Below, one piece after another: positions 31,848-32,000 of a stretch of 32,000 nucleotides of DNA; the stretch's first letter is position 1, and each line of letters starts with the position of its first letter. The stretch comes from Ruminococcus albus 7 = DSM 20455 (GTDB taxonomy: Bacteria; Bacillota; Clostridia; Oscillospirales; Ruminococcaceae). The stretch is from the NCBI RefSeq assembly GCF_000179635.2, contig NC_014833.1, forward strand, positions 330,001 to 362,000. The letters run 5' to 3'. The notes beneath the pieces were generated by a model. That model saw only the letters and a list, made by a program, of their open reading frames with translations. It had not been told where the DNA came from and did not search any database. The position numbers and the translations under genes are program-made.

Positions 31848-32000
31848 TTATCCGAGAGATGTAAGTCTGTCGTAGTTAGTAGCCGCAAGATACATTATAT
31901 CTATTACGAGCTGTATTATAGTGAATCTCATCACTACCTGTGTATCCGACCAGCCCTTGTTCTTGCGGGCATGGTCATGGAGGGGAGTGCGTATATCCTT
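31848..32000 (-). CDS. 3' end of an upstream gene (C-terminal 50 codons only), product not identifiable
   Basis: The minus-strand frame is open from the window edge to the TAA at 31848-31850. My translation is KDIRTPLHDHARKNKGWSDTQVVMRFTIIQLVIDIMYLAATNYDRLTSLG*. It is too short to assign. Confidence 0.35.
   Translation of the reverse strand, partial: KDIRTPLHDHARKNKGWSDTQVVMRFTIIQLVIDIMYLAATNYDRLTSLG

Noticed and set aside
1-32000. Scan for mobile elements, CRISPR arrays, tRNA/rRNA genes, and long direct or inverted repeats
   Set aside because: I recognised no transposase, integrase or recombinase-like translation, no regularly spaced repeat array, and no tRNA-like cloverleaf or rRNA segment. 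The only repeated sequences are protein-level modules (dockerins, Fn3-like modules, LRRs) and short promoter-region motifs. This was a by-eye scan, so small elements could have been missed.

Overview
This window looks like a chromosomal segment from a Gram-positive, fibrolytic Ruminococcus-like Clostridia genome. That assignment is an inference from the dockerin sequence style, the GH26/CBM content, and AAGGAGG-type ribosome-binding sites. I support 25 protein-coding genes, two of them cut by the window edges. By eye I found no rRNA, tRNA, CRISPR array, transposase or integrase.

Gene content, left to right:
- A truncated PBP1/LacI-type regulator lies divergent from a large modular enzyme (CBM35-like, GH26 mannanase, SGNH esterase).
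- An ApbE-centred extracytosolic flavinylation locus follows. It holds an MsrQ/ferric-reductase-like membrane protein fused to an FMN_bind domain, then apbE, a NusG-II protein and a Gx transporter.
- Directly next to that locus is a secreted dockerin protein of unknown function.
- Next comes a BspA-type LRR protein ending in a dockerin.
- An AgrC/AgrA-like two-component system (GHKL kinase plus LytTR regulator) lies divergent from a Gly-rich secreted repeat protein.
- A second CBM35-like GH26 mannanase ends in a dockerin.
- Then come an ACT-domain protein, an iron-sulfur-flavoprotein-like protein, a DUF285 LRR surface protein, a VanW protein and iorAB.
- A long minus-strand operon closes the window: a flippase-like protein, pssA, an unknown membrane protein, psd, a HIT protein and a cytoplasmic type I pullulanase.

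Most worth a second look:
1. The flavin-transfer locus sits beside a dockerin protein that carries a near-consensus flavinylation motif.
2. A roughly 90-aa Fn3-like C-terminal module replaces the dockerin in three secreted proteins.
3. An agr-P2/P3-like divergent promoter region has LytTR-style direct repeats and a roughly 550-nt untranslated leader.

All domain calls come from reading the translations. No database search was run.
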